Positions 17,944 through 27,073 of a stretch of DNA of 64,000 bases are shown piece by piece. Source of the stretch: Alphaproteobacteria bacterium. GTDB taxonomy: Bacteria; Pseudomonadota; Alphaproteobacteria; GCA-2731375. Location of the stretch: NCBI GenBank assembly GCA_965232515.1, contig CBDDPY010000002.1:608001-672000 (forward strand), read 5' to 3'. The notes under the pieces are model-generated. The model searched no databases and was not told where the DNA came from. It worked only from the letters and a program-made list of their open reading frames with translations. Each line of letters opens with the position of its first letter. Position 1 is the first letter of the stretch. The translations under genes were made by a program, and so were the position numbers.

Positions 17944-18927
17944 TCAGTTCGCCAGCGCGCGGAACATTCCCGGCGTGAGGCCTGTCGCCTGCCGAAAGAC
18001 ACGGCTGAAGTGGGCTTGATTGGCAAATCCGCAGACCATGGCAATCTCGGCGAGACTGGCCTCGCGCGTTGACAGCATCGCCTTCGCGCGCTGCAGCCGT
18101 TGCTCGACGACGTAGCGGTGTGGGGTTTCGCCGACCGCGGCCTTGAAGGCGCGGGCGAAATGGTGGCGGCTCAGGCAAGCAATGCCTGCCATCTCCTGCA
18201 GACTCAGGGCGCCGTCGAGATTGGCGGCGATGTAGTCCTTCACCCGATTTAGCCGACGCAGATCAAGCGCACCTTCGGCTCGCGGCAACCGTGCGGCGCC
18301 GGGGCCGAGATTAGAGTGATGACGTAGCAGATAGGCGGCGAGCGTCGCGCTCAGTGTTTCGATCAGCAGGCCGCTTGCCGGCGCTGGGTCGGCGAGCTCG
18401 GTGCGGACGGCGCGGGCAATCTGTTCAATCAGCGGATCGTGGAAGCCGCCGTCATACTGAAGCTGAACGTTTGCCGGGTCGCGGTCAAACTCGGCCAACG
18501 ACGTCGTATCGAGCGGCGTATCCGGCAGGTAGAGATGGATGCTCTCGCTGATCTCGCCATTCAGGCGGATCATATCCTCGCGAATACCGGCCGGGCAGAG
18601 CCAGACCGTGCCCGGCACCGCCGCCGTTTGCTGCAGTCGACCGTCGCCGCGCCGGCGAACATTCAACCGGCCGTCAATCAGCACCACGACCTCTGTCTCG
18701 CGCGGCTCGATCTCCGCCAGATCGCCGGGCCGATGGCGCCATCGTTCAGCCAGCAACCCTTCCCAGGCGCGACCGTGGCTTGAAGCCAGGCAGACGCCTG
18801 TCGTGTATTTCTCGTCGCCGTGACCAACCAGCCCCGACACTGGCTTGTTCCGACCCTCGCCTGTTTCCCGGACACGCCGGGTTCGTTTTGCCGGCCGCCG
18901 ACAATCGGCGCCGGCCTCATTTGGCAT
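17944..18927 (-). CDS. AraC family transcriptional regulator
   Basis: LSRHHFARAFK..GETPH and GFANQAHFSRVFR..G.TP double HTH; GTG at 18840 is an alternative start. Confidence 0.92.
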   Translation of the reverse strand: MPNEAGADCRRPAKRTRRVRETGEGRNKPVSGLVGHGDEKYTTGVCLASSHGRAWEGLLAERWRHRPGDLAEIEPRETEVVVLIDGRLNVRRRGDGRLQQTAAVPGTVWLCPAGIREDMIRLNGEISESIHLYLPDTPLDTTSLAEFDRDPANVQLQYDGGFHDPLIEQIARAVRTELADPAPASGLLIETLSATLAAYLLRHHSNLGPGAARLPRAEGALDLRRLNRVKDYIAANLDGALSLQEMAGIACLSRHHFARAFKAAVGETPHRYVVEQRLQRAKAMLSTREASLAEIAMVCGFANQAHFSRVFRQATGLTPGMFRALAN

Positions 18928-18990
18928 TCAAGGCTAACGGAATATGCACGTAGCCGCCATGCCAAACGCTATCGCGGATTCGACGCTTCC

Positions 18991-19053
18991 GCACGTTCGA
19001 GCAAAACAAGCGCACGACCGGACAATTCTCACTCACCCGTCGAGAGCTATCCT
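18991..19053 (+). promoter_or_regulatory. putative AraC-activated promoter with tandem half-sites
   Basis: GCACG-N6-CAA at 18991 and 19012 (21-bp period); candidate -10 TATCCT at 19048. Confidence 0.5.
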
Positions 19054-19109
19054 GAGGTTCGCAAAGAACGTTCGCCTGAACGAACCGCACCTGAACAGGG
19101 GAGCAACCG

Positions 19110-21254
19110 ATGACAGAGACCACCGTGGTGGGCGCTTGCCCGCATGATTGTCCCGATACTTGCTCGATGCTGATCACGGTCAAGGACGGCCGCGCGACGG
19201 CGGTGCGCGGCAATCCCGATCATCCGTTTACGCGAGGCGGGCTCTGCGTCAAGGTCAACAACTATCAGGATCGGGCCTACAGCCCGGACCGCGTGCTGTA
19301 TCCGTTGCGGCGCAGCGGGCCCAAGGGCAGCGGCAAGTTCGAGCGCATAAGCTGGGACGACGCGCTGGCGGAGATCAAGCAGCGCTGGACAGCCATCATC
19401 GACGAACACGGTCCGACGGCGATCCTGCCGTACAGCTACCTCGGCACTGAAGGCATCTTGAACGGCCTGAACGTCGGCGATCCGTTCTTCAACAAGCTGG
19501 GCGCCACGATCAGCGAACGCACGTTCTGCGACTCCGGCTCCTGCACCGCCTACTTCATGACCATCGGTCCGACGCCGGGTGTCGATCCCGAGGCGTTCCG
19601 GTACTCGAAATACATCGTGCTCTGGGCCTGCAACACAATGAGCACCAACCTGCATCATTGGCCGTTCATCGCCGAAGCTCAGGCGCAGGGCGCCAAGGTG
19701 GTGGTGATCGATCCGGTCAAGACGCGGACGGCCAAGAAAGCCGACTGGCACATCCCGATCCGGCCCGGCACTGACGCGGCGCTGGCGCTCGGCATGATCA
19801 ACGTGATCATTGAAGAGGACCTGGTCGATCACGACTATGTGGCCAACTACACGCTGGGCTACGACGAACTGAAGCAGCGCGCGGCGGAGTATCCGGCCGA
19901 GAAGGTGTCGGAGATCACCGGCATTCCGGCCGACGATATCCGAACGCTGGCGCGCGAGTTCGCGACCAGCAACCCGGCCGTTGTCCGCATCGGCGTCGCC
20001 ATCGAACGGCACGCCGGTGGCGGCCAGACGGTGCGCGCGGTGGCCTGCCTGCCCGCCTTGACCGGCGCCTGGCGGCATGTCGGCGGCGGCATCCTGCAGC
20101 TGCCGATCTGGGCCTTTCCGATGGACTGGGGCAAGCTGCTGCGGCCCGATCTGCAGACGCCGGGGACCCGCGTGTTGAACCAGTGGCGGCTCGGTCCGGC
20201 GCTGGTCGGCGAGATGGACCTGGACCCACCGATCAAGTCGCTGTTCGTCTACAACTCGAATCCGGCCGTGGTTGCGCCCGAGCAAGGTAAGCTGCTGCGC
20301 GGTTTGGCTCGAGAAGACCTGTTCACGGTCGTCAGCGAGCACTTCATCACCGACACGGCCCAGTATGCCGACATCATCCTACCGGCAACGACGCAGTTGG
20401 AGCAGGAGGACATCATGTTCTCCTGGGGCCACCTCTACCTGTCCTTCAACAACCAGGCGATCGATCCGTTGGGCGAGGCGGTGCCGAACACCGAGTTGTT
20501 CCGCCGTCTGGCCGCGACCATGGGCTTCGACGACCCCTTCTTCCAGCGCAGCGATACCCAGATGATCGAGGAGTCGCTCGACTGGTCGGCGCCCGCGCTC
20601 GAAGGCATCAGTCTCGACGAGCTTCGCGAGACCGGTTACGCGCGGCTCAATGTCGGCACGCCGGAGACCTATGCGCCGCACAAGGAGGGCAACTTCCTGA
20701 CGCCGTCGGGCAAGTGCGAATTCAAGGCGTCCATGGCCGAGAACGGCAATTTCGTGCTGTCGCTGTTCCGTCAGGGCTCGGAGGAATTCCAGTCCGGCGA
20801 CCCGGTCGACCCGTTGCCGCACTACATCCCGCCGAACGAGTCGCCGATCACGAATCCGGCGTTGGCGAAGCGCTATCCGTTGAACCTGATGTCGCCGAAG
20901 AGCCACGCATTCATGAATTCGAGCTATGGCAACATGCCGCAGCAACTGCACCATGCCGGCGAGCAGGCGTTGATGTTGAGCCCGGTGGACGCGCGGGACC
21001 GAAACATCGGCGACGGCATGCCGGTTGTTGTCAGCAACGACCGGGGGTCGTTCCAGGCTGTCGCCAGGGTCGATGAGGACGTGATGCCGGGCGTGGTGGT
21101 GGCGCCGCTCGGTTATTGGCGTAAGTTGAGCCCCGGCGAAGCGACCGTGCAGGCCGTCAACTCCGGCGCCTATGCCGATCTGGGCAACGCGCCGACTTTT
21201 TCCGATAACCTTGTCGAGGTCGCGCCGGTAGCGGCCGCGCAAGCTGCGGAGTAG
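19110..21254 (+). CDS. molybdopterin (bis-MGD) oxidoreductase of the DMSO reductase superfamily, cytoplasmic
   Basis: CPHDCPDTC...GGLCVK Fe-S motif, ISWDDA, VVIDP, IRPGTD, TDTAQYADIILPAT, C-terminal molybdopterin dinucleotide domain; no Tat signal. Confidence 0.92.
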   Translation: MTETTVVGACPHDCPDTCSMLITVKDGRATAVRGNPDHPFTRGGLCVKVNNYQDRAYSPDRVLYPLRRSGPKGSGKFERISWDDALAEIKQRWTAIIDEHGPTAILPYSYLGTEGILNGLNVGDPFFNKLGATISERTFCDSGSCTAYFMTIGPTPGVDPEAFRYSKYIVLWACNTMSTNLHHWPFIAEAQAQGAKVVVIDPVKTRTAKKADWHIPIRPGTDAALALGMINVIIEEDLVDHDYVANYTLGYDELKQRAAEYPAEKVSEITGIPADDIRTLAREFATSNPAVVRIGVAIERHAGGGQTVRAVACLPALTGAWRHVGGGILQLPIWAFPMDWGKLLRPDLQTPGTRVLNQWRLGPALVGEMDLDPPIKSLFVYNSNPAVVAPEQGKLLRGLAREDLFTVVSEHFITDTAQYADIILPATTQLEQEDIMFSWGHLYLSFNNQAIDPLGEAVPNTELFRRLAATMGFDDPFFQRSDTQMIEESLDWSAPALEGISLDELRETGYARLNVGTPETYAPHKEGNFLTPSGKCEFKASMAENGNFVLSLFRQGSEEFQSGDPVDPLPHYIPPNESPITNPALAKRYPLNLMSPKSHAFMNSSYGNMPQQLHHAGEQALMLSPVDARDRNIGDGMPVVVSNDRGSFQAVARVDEDVMPGVVVAPLGYWRKLSPGEATVQAVNSGAYADLGNAPTFSDNLVEVAPVAAAQAAE

Positions 21255-21331
21255 CCATCGCAAGACTGGACGCTAAGATAGGGCCCGCCAGACCCGGTAT
21301 CGTTTACGGGCAAGCCGATGGGAGGGGTTTG

Positions 21332-22972
21332 ATGGGCAGCGAAGACTCGGGCTTCGACTACGACGGCATGCGTGCGGCGTTCAAGCTGGACATGCCGCAG
21401 CACTACAACTTCGCGTTCGACGTGGTGGCGAAGCGCGGCCGCGAGGCTGACAAGGACGCGCTGATCGCGATCGACAAGACCGGCGAGCTGGTCGAACGGC
21501 TCAGCTATTCGGATCTGGATCGGATGTCGAACCGGTTCGCGAACGTGCTGCTTGAGCTCGGCGCCGCGAAGGGCGACTTCGCGCTTGTCGTGATCCCGCG
21601 AATACCGGCCTGGTACCATGTGCTGCTTGGCTGCATGAAGGCGGGCGTTGTGTCGATGCCCGGCACCAATTTGCTGACCGCCAAGGACTTCGAGTATCGG
21701 ATCAATCGCGCTGAGGCGAAGCTCGCGATCGTCACCAAGGAGCATGCGGCCAAGGTCGAGCAGATCCGGCACAACTGCCCCTCGCTCGAGAAGGTGATCG
21801 TGATCGGCGAAAGCCGTGATGGCTGGACCGACTTCGAGACGGCTTGCGCGGACGCCTCCGAAGACGCACCGGAGGTGCCCCCCACCGCCGCCGACGACCT
21901 GATGATGGTCTATTTCACTTCCGGCACCACCTCGATGCCGAAGATGGTGGGGCGGAACTACGGTTATGCATTGGCGCACACCATCACCGCCAATTACTGG
22001 ATGGGGCTCACGCCGGATGACGTGCACTGGACGCTGACAGACACCGGCTGGGCAAAGGCGGCCTGGGGACTGCTGTTTCCCCCGTTGCTGTCCGGCGCCA
22101 CGATCATGCTCTTCGACGGCGAGGGCTTCGACGCCGAGATGCATCTGAAGCTGATCGAGCGTTTCGGGGTAACGACGTTCTGCGCGCCACCGACGATCTA
22201 TCGGGTCTTCGCGCAGATGGACACGGGCCCATTCGACTTGAGCTCGCTGCGGCACTGCATGGGGGCGGGCGAACCGTTGAACCCGGAAGCCATGCGGGCC
22301 TGGAAGGCGGCGAGCGGCTGCGACGTCTATGACGGCTATGGCCAGACCGAGACGGTCAACATCGTCGCCAACTTCCCGGGCATGGAGATCCGGCCCGGCT
22401 CCATGGGCAAGCCGGTGCCGGGCCTCGACGTCGACGTCATCGACGACGACGGCAATATCGTCGGCGATGACGATGTCGGCCATATCGCAGTGCGGATCAC
22501 CGACCCCTATCCGCCGGGTCTGTTCGACGGCTATTTCCGGGATCCGGCGGCGACGGAGCAGTCCTTCCGCAACGATTGGTACTACACCGGCGACACCGCG
22601 ACCCGGGACAAGGACGGCTATCTCTGGTTCGTCGGCCGTTCCGACGACATCATCTCGTCCGCCGGCTATCGCATCAGCCCGTTCGAGGTCGAGAGCGCGC
22701 TGATCGAGCACAAGGCGGTTCTGGAATCGGCTGTCGTCGCCATGCCGGACAAGCTGCGCGGGGAGATCGTGATGGCCTATATCACGCTGGCACCCGGCTT
22801 CGAGGCCTCGGACATGCTGAAGGAAGACATCCAGTCCTTCGTCAAGGAGCTGACGGCGCCTTATAAATATCCCCGCGAGATCGAGTTTCGCGAGGCATTG
22901 CCGAAGACGATCTCTGGCAAGATCCGGCGTGTCGAGTTGCGTGAGGAGGCCCGGCAAAAGGCGCAGGCGTGA
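21332..22972 (+). CDS. medium-chain acyl-CoA synthetase (ACSM-like)
   Basis: YFTSGTT..PK, DTGWAKAAW, GYGQTET, TGD, GRSDD, LPKTISGKIRR. Confidence 0.92.
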   Translation: MGSEDSGFDYDGMRAAFKLDMPQHYNFAFDVVAKRGREADKDALIAIDKTGELVERLSYSDLDRMSNRFANVLLELGAAKGDFALVVIPRIPAWYHVLLGCMKAGVVSMPGTNLLTAKDFEYRINRAEAKLAIVTKEHAAKVEQIRHNCPSLEKVIVIGESRDGWTDFETACADASEDAPEVPPTAADDLMMVYFTSGTTSMPKMVGRNYGYALAHTITANYWMGLTPDDVHWTLTDTGWAKAAWGLLFPPLLSGATIMLFDGEGFDAEMHLKLIERFGVTTFCAPPTIYRVFAQMDTGPFDLSSLRHCMGAGEPLNPEAMRAWKAASGCDVYDGYGQTETVNIVANFPGMEIRPGSMGKPVPGLDVDVIDDDGNIVGDDDVGHIAVRITDPYPPGLFDGYFRDPAATEQSFRNDWYYTGDTATRDKDGYLWFVGRSDDIISSAGYRISPFEVESALIEHKAVLESAVVAMPDKLRGEIVMAYITLAPGFEASDMLKEDIQSFVKELTAPYKYPREIEFREALPKTISGKIRRVELREEARQKAQA

Positions 22973-22985
22973 CGGCGAAGCGGCG

Positions 22986-24131
22986 TCAGGTCAGTGCTTT
23001 TTCGTAGACGCGATAGGTCTTGTAGTGGCGGCAGCCGGCGGATTCGACCAGTCGGCGCATGCCCATATTGTCTTCGAGGATCCAGCTGGCTTCGACCTGC
23101 TTGACGCCGTGCTTGATGCCGCTGGCGCGGATGCGGCTGATGATGGCGCAGGCGAGAGCGGCGCCGACCGGCGTGCGGTGATAGGCCCGGCGCACGCCCA
23201 TCAGCGGCACGCGCGCCGTCGCCACCGTGCCGAACTTGAGCCGCCATAGGAGCTTGGCCCAGCCAAACGGAAGCAGTTTTCCGTTCAAATCGCGGATGGC
23301 CTCGTTCAGGTTTGGCAGCCCCACCATCATCGCCGCCGGCGTTCCGTCGACGTCGGCAATGCAGACGAAGTCGTCGCGTAGCAGCGGCTTCAGCTCTTTC
23401 GCCACGTGCTGGATCTCGTCCTCGTCGAAGGGCACGAAGCCCCAGTTGTCGGACCAGGCGTCGTTGAAGATGTCCATGATGACCGAGATATCGCGGGCGT
23501 AGTTGGCGCCGGTCAGGCAGCGGACGACGATTTTGTGGCTGGCCTTGGCCTTCTCGGCCATGGTCTCAACGAAGGCCGGCAATGGTTTGGAAAAGTCGTA
23601 CAGATAAGCCAGCAGATCCTTGGCCTTGGCATAGCCCTGCCGTTCGATCCTGTCGCCATAATAGGTCGGCGCGTGCCCCATCATCATGAACGGCGCCGTG
23701 CCGAAGCCGTCCACGAGCAAGCCGGATTCGTCATTGATCGACAGCGAGAAGGGGCCGCGTACGCGCCGCATGCCGTGGGCCCGTAACCAGTCTTCGGCGG
23801 CGTTGAACAACGCGTTGAAAACGGCGGGGTCGTCCTCCGCCTCGAAAAAGCCGAAATGGCCCGTCGCGTCGTCGTGCTGCGCAAGAGACATCCGGTCGAT
23901 CTGCGCGCTGATGCGACCGACCGGCGCGCCGTAGCGCCGGGCAAGCCAGAACGCCGTCTCGGCATGGTTGAAGAAAGGGTTGGCCTTGCGGTTCAGATGG
24001 CCACGACGTTCGAATTCAAGTGGCGCGACCCAGTTTGGATCGGTCCTGTAAACGCGCCTGGGCATTGCAATGAAGCTATTCAGCGACGCGCTGTCGTCAA
24101 CCGGCTCGACCGTTAGACCGTCATCGCTCAC
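22986..24131 (-). CDS. GNAT N-acyltransferase of the bacterial ceramide synthase (bCerS)/YghO-like family
   Basis: DPNWVAPL, NPFF.H, PVGRISAQID, GHFGFFE, GPFSLSINDESGLLVDGF, DAWSDNWGFVP, SWILEDN, KTYRVYEK; GTG start overlaps the upstream TGA (GTGA). Confidence 0.8.
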   Translation of the reverse strand: MSDDGLTVEPVDDSASLNSFIAMPRRVYRTDPNWVAPLEFERRGHLNRKANPFFNHAETAFWLARRYGAPVGRISAQIDRMSLAQHDDATGHFGFFEAEDDPAVFNALFNAAEDWLRAHGMRRVRGPFSLSINDESGLLVDGFGTAPFMMMGHAPTYYGDRIERQGYAKAKDLLAYLYDFSKPLPAFVETMAEKAKASHKIVVRCLTGANYARDISVIMDIFNDAWSDNWGFVPFDEDEIQHVAKELKPLLRDDFVCIADVDGTPAAMMVGLPNLNEAIRDLNGKLLPFGWAKLLWRLKFGTVATARVPLMGVRRAYHRTPVGAALACAIISRIRASGIKHGVKQVEASWILEDNMGMRRLVESAGCRHYKTYRVYEKALT

Positions 24132-25753
24132 AGCTCGCCGACCTCGAGCGATCGTGCGATGGCGCGTCGCCGCAGCTTGCCGCTGGACGTTTTCGGCAGG
24201 GTGTGCGGATCGACAAACCGGATCTGATCGACATCCATGCCGCGGTGTTTCAACGCGGACTGGATGCGCTCGGCCAACTCGGGCCGTCGGTCGGATTTCA
24301 GGCGGGTCTCGGCCACCAGAACGGCGTGTTCGGTGCTGCGCTGTTCGTTGCGGATGCCGACCGCCGCGACGCCACCAGGTCGGACGCCGTCGACATCGGC
24401 CGCGATCTGTTCGACCACGGACGGGACCAGGTTGCGCCCGGCGCGGATGATCAGTTCCTTCTGTCGCCCGGTCACGTAGAGATCGCCGTCGGCGACATAA
24501 CCGAGATCCCCGGTTCTCAGCCAATCCCCGTCGAAGGCCTCTTCCGTCGCCTCGGGATCGTCGTAATAGCCGGTCATGCCCGATGCCGTGCGCACCATGA
24601 TCGGGCCGACGATCCGCTCCTCGGCTTCGCCGCCAGCGCCGTCGTCGATCCGTAGTTCGACACCGGCGATCGGACGGCCGACGCTGGTGAACGCCAGCGC
24701 ATCTTCGGCATCGCTTGTTGCCGCTTGTCCCTGTCTTGCCAGGACGGCGGCCGATACCCGGTCGACCCTCGGCGGCTGCGCGGGCGCGGCGAACGTGGCG
24801 GCGACGGTGGCTTCCGCCAACCCATAGACGGGAAGAAAAGCCGATGCCCGAAAACCGCATTGTTCGAACCCGTTCGCGACGCGATGCAGAACGTTGGGCG
24901 CGATCGGCTCGGCGCCGACCATGGCGCAACGCAGGTCGCCGAAGTCGAGCTGGTCGGACGCGGCACGCCGCGCGAAGCGGTCAATCAACGCATAAGCCGA
25001 TGGCGGGCCGACCGTGTGGGTCGCCCGAAACGCGGAGACCGAACGCAGCCACAGGTACGGGTTCCGCCGGAAATCCAGCGGCGACATCAGATTCACGACG
25101 AAGTCGTTGTAGTACGGATAAAGCAGACCGCCGATCAGGCCCATGTCGTGATGCAGCGGCAGCCAGCTGACGCCGACCGCATCATCTCCTGGCGGCAGGG
25201 CCTGGCTGATGGCGGCGAGATGCGCGAGTAGCCGATCGTTCGGAATGACGACGCCGCGCGGTGTGGCCACGCTGCCGCTGGTCAGTTGAATCAGATCGGT
25301 TCGCGTTGTTGCGGGGTTTGTTGCCGCCGCTGCTTCCGACAGGTCTTCGGCGATCACGACCGGTGGCGTTGCGGTCATTTCGATGTGGGCCGCCACCTCG
25401 CGGCCGACGGCGGCCAGTTTCACGTCGAAACGATCGGCGACCTCCCGAAAATGGGCGTTCAAACCGGCAATATCATCGAGCCGAAACGGCCGCCCGATCT
25501 GGATCGGCACGCCGCCGGCCGTCCAGATTCCGAACAGGGTGGCGACGGCTGGCCGCGAATGCGGCACCATGGCCAGCACATTTTGTCCCGGGCGCAGACC
25601 GGCGTCCCGCAGCCCACCGGCAACCCGCCGCGCCGTCTGCCAGAACTCGGCCCATGTCCAGGACTGCCAACCATCCGCCGCGTAAAAGCGGATTGCCAGT
25701 CTGTCCGGATCCCGTTCGGCGCGCTGCCGCAGGAGATCGACCAGCGAGGTCAT
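24128..25753 (-). CDS. fatty acyl-AMP ligase (FAAL) / acyl-ACP synthetase
   Basis: LIQLTSGS, SWLPLHHDMGLIG, PVYGLAEAT followed by a FAAL-type insertion, TGDLG, LPKTSSGK; ATG overlaps upstream TAA. Confidence 0.88.
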   Translation of the reverse strand: MTSLVDLLRQRAERDPDRLAIRFYAADGWQSWTWAEFWQTARRVAGGLRDAGLRPGQNVLAMVPHSRPAVATLFGIWTAGGVPIQIGRPFRLDDIAGLNAHFREVADRFDVKLAAVGREVAAHIEMTATPPVVIAEDLSEAAAATNPATTRTDLIQLTSGSVATPRGVVIPNDRLLAHLAAISQALPPGDDAVGVSWLPLHHDMGLIGGLLYPYYNDFVVNLMSPLDFRRNPYLWLRSVSAFRATHTVGPPSAYALIDRFARRAASDQLDFGDLRCAMVGAEPIAPNVLHRVANGFEQCGFRASAFLPVYGLAEATVAATFAAPAQPPRVDRVSAAVLARQGQAATSDAEDALAFTSVGRPIAGVELRIDDGAGGEAEERIVGPIMVRTASGMTGYYDDPEATEEAFDGDWLRTGDLGYVADGDLYVTGRQKELIIRAGRNLVPSVVEQIAADVDGVRPGGVAAVGIRNEQRSTEHAVLVAETRLKSDRRPELAERIQSALKHRGMDVDQIRFVDPHTLPKTSSGKLRRRAIARSLEVGEL

Positions 25754-26685
25754 TACCGGGCGTCGGGAACGGCCCAGTGTTGGGGATTGCTGCCGCTGTG
25801 TCCCTTGGCGGCGAGGATCATGTATTCGAGCGCCGTACGCCGGGCGAACGAGGTTCGGCCGACCGTCATGTAGCATTGCAGCAGGCGTGCAAAACCGGGC
25901 GCCAAGGCCTCGATCCGGGCCCGGTTGCGGCGGATGTTGTCGATCCAATCGGCGACCGTGCGCACGTAGGAGGCCGTCATGTCCTCGACCAGCCGGACGT
26001 CCAGGCCCGCCTGACCCATGAGCTCGAGTTCTTCCGGCAGCGACATCAGGCGGCAATAACCCATCGCCTTCGAGAGGATGTAGTCGGTCGCGTTGCTGTC
26101 GCGCGGGCCGCGGGTTTCGGTCGGAAAATAGCAGTCGGAGATCAACATCCGGCCGCCCGGACGAAGGATGTCGCCGACCCACCGATGGATGGTCTCGCGG
26201 TTATGCATATGGACGATGCTGCCACAGAAGATGACGGCGTCGACCGACTCCGGCGCGAGGTCGAGATCTTCGATGTGCTGCAGGTCGACCGTTATGCGGT
26301 CCGCGACGCCACGCGCCTCGGCGCGTTCCAGCAAAACCTCGCGCTGGCGCTCGCTCAAGGTGATGCCATGAAAGATGCCGTCGGTCTGGGCGGCCAGGTT
26401 CAACATCACGCTGCCCCAGCCGCAACCGACGTCGAGCACCTTTTCGCCCGGCTTGATCTGAAGCAGGTTCCGGAAGTGCTTGAACTTGCGGGTCTGCGCA
26501 GTTTCGAGATCGTCGTCGTCGTCGAGATAGATGCCGGTCGAGTAGGCGAGCTGACTGTCCAGGACGAGGGAGAAGATCTCCGGATCGTGTTCGTAGTGGG
26601 CCGCAACTTGTTCACGCTCGAAGCCGCGCTGCTCGTCCGGCGATCGCCGTAACGCGGCTTGCTCGATCGGTGTGCGCGCTTCCAT
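25753..26685 (-). CDS. SAM-dependent methyltransferase of the CFA/mycolic acid synthase family
   Basis: AHYE, LDSQLAYS, LETAQTRK, VLDVGCGWG, GITLSERQ, LRPGG, YVRTVADW. Confidence 0.88.
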   Translation of the reverse strand: MEARTPIEQAALRRSPDEQRGFEREQVAAHYEHDPEIFSLVLDSQLAYSTGIYLDDDDDLETAQTRKFKHFRNLLQIKPGEKVLDVGCGWGSVMLNLAAQTDGIFHGITLSERQREVLLERAEARGVADRITVDLQHIEDLDLAPESVDAVIFCGSIVHMHNRETIHRWVGDILRPGGRMLISDCYFPTETRGPRDSNATDYILSKAMGYCRLMSLPEELELMGQAGLDVRLVEDMTASYVRTVADWIDNIRRNRARIEALAPGFARLLQCYMTVGRTSFARRTALEYMILAAKGHSGSNPQHWAVPDAR

Positions 26686-26966
26686 CAGTGTTTCGCCGCC
26701 GCCATCTGTTCGAGCACCACGTCGACAAGATCGTCGACCACCTTGGGATCGCGCGCTTCCATTTCATCGACGTCCAGCATGGTGATGCCAAACCGTTCCT
26801 CGATCGCGACCTGCGTTTCGATGAGCGCCATCGAATCGATGCCGAGGTCGTTGTCCAAACCGGTCTTCGTCGTGACGGAGGTGCGTGGGATATTCAAAGT
26901 GGTGGCGATAATCTCGCACACCGCGGTGGCGACCGACTCCCTGTCGGCAATCGTATCGGTATTCAA
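26685..26966 (-). CDS. acyl carrier protein
   Basis: Small acidic protein with DLGIDSM phosphopantetheine site and IEERFGI; TGA overlaps the next ATG; TTG start uncertain. Confidence 0.9.
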   Translation of the reverse strand: MNTDTIADRESVATAVCEIIATTLNIPRTSVTTKTGLDNDLGIDSMALIETQVAIEERFGITMLDVDEMEARDPKVVDDLVDVVLEQMAAAKH

Positions 26967-27015
26967 GAGATGCCCTCTTCTCAGCCCGCCGTCGACGTGT
27001 AACGAACGGAGAGTG

Positions 27016-27045
27016 TCTTATCGCCGTTGGTCGGAAACCTGTCAA
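27016..27045 (-). promoter_or_regulatory. putative sigma70 promoter of the ACP-MT-FAAL-GNAT operon
   Basis: Minus strand TTGACA (27045-27040) followed 17-19 nt later by GATAAGAC; -10 is weak. Confidence 0.4.
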
Positions 27046-27073
27046 CGACACCGGAGATGGGCGGCCGGGCGGC

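Noticed and set aside
24132-26182. Long N-terminal extensions of the GNAT (647 aa) and FAAL (684 aa) ORFs suggesting fusions or frameshifting
   Set aside because: The extensions are Arg-rich off-frame reads of the upstream genes; coupled internal starts at 24131 and 25753 explain them.
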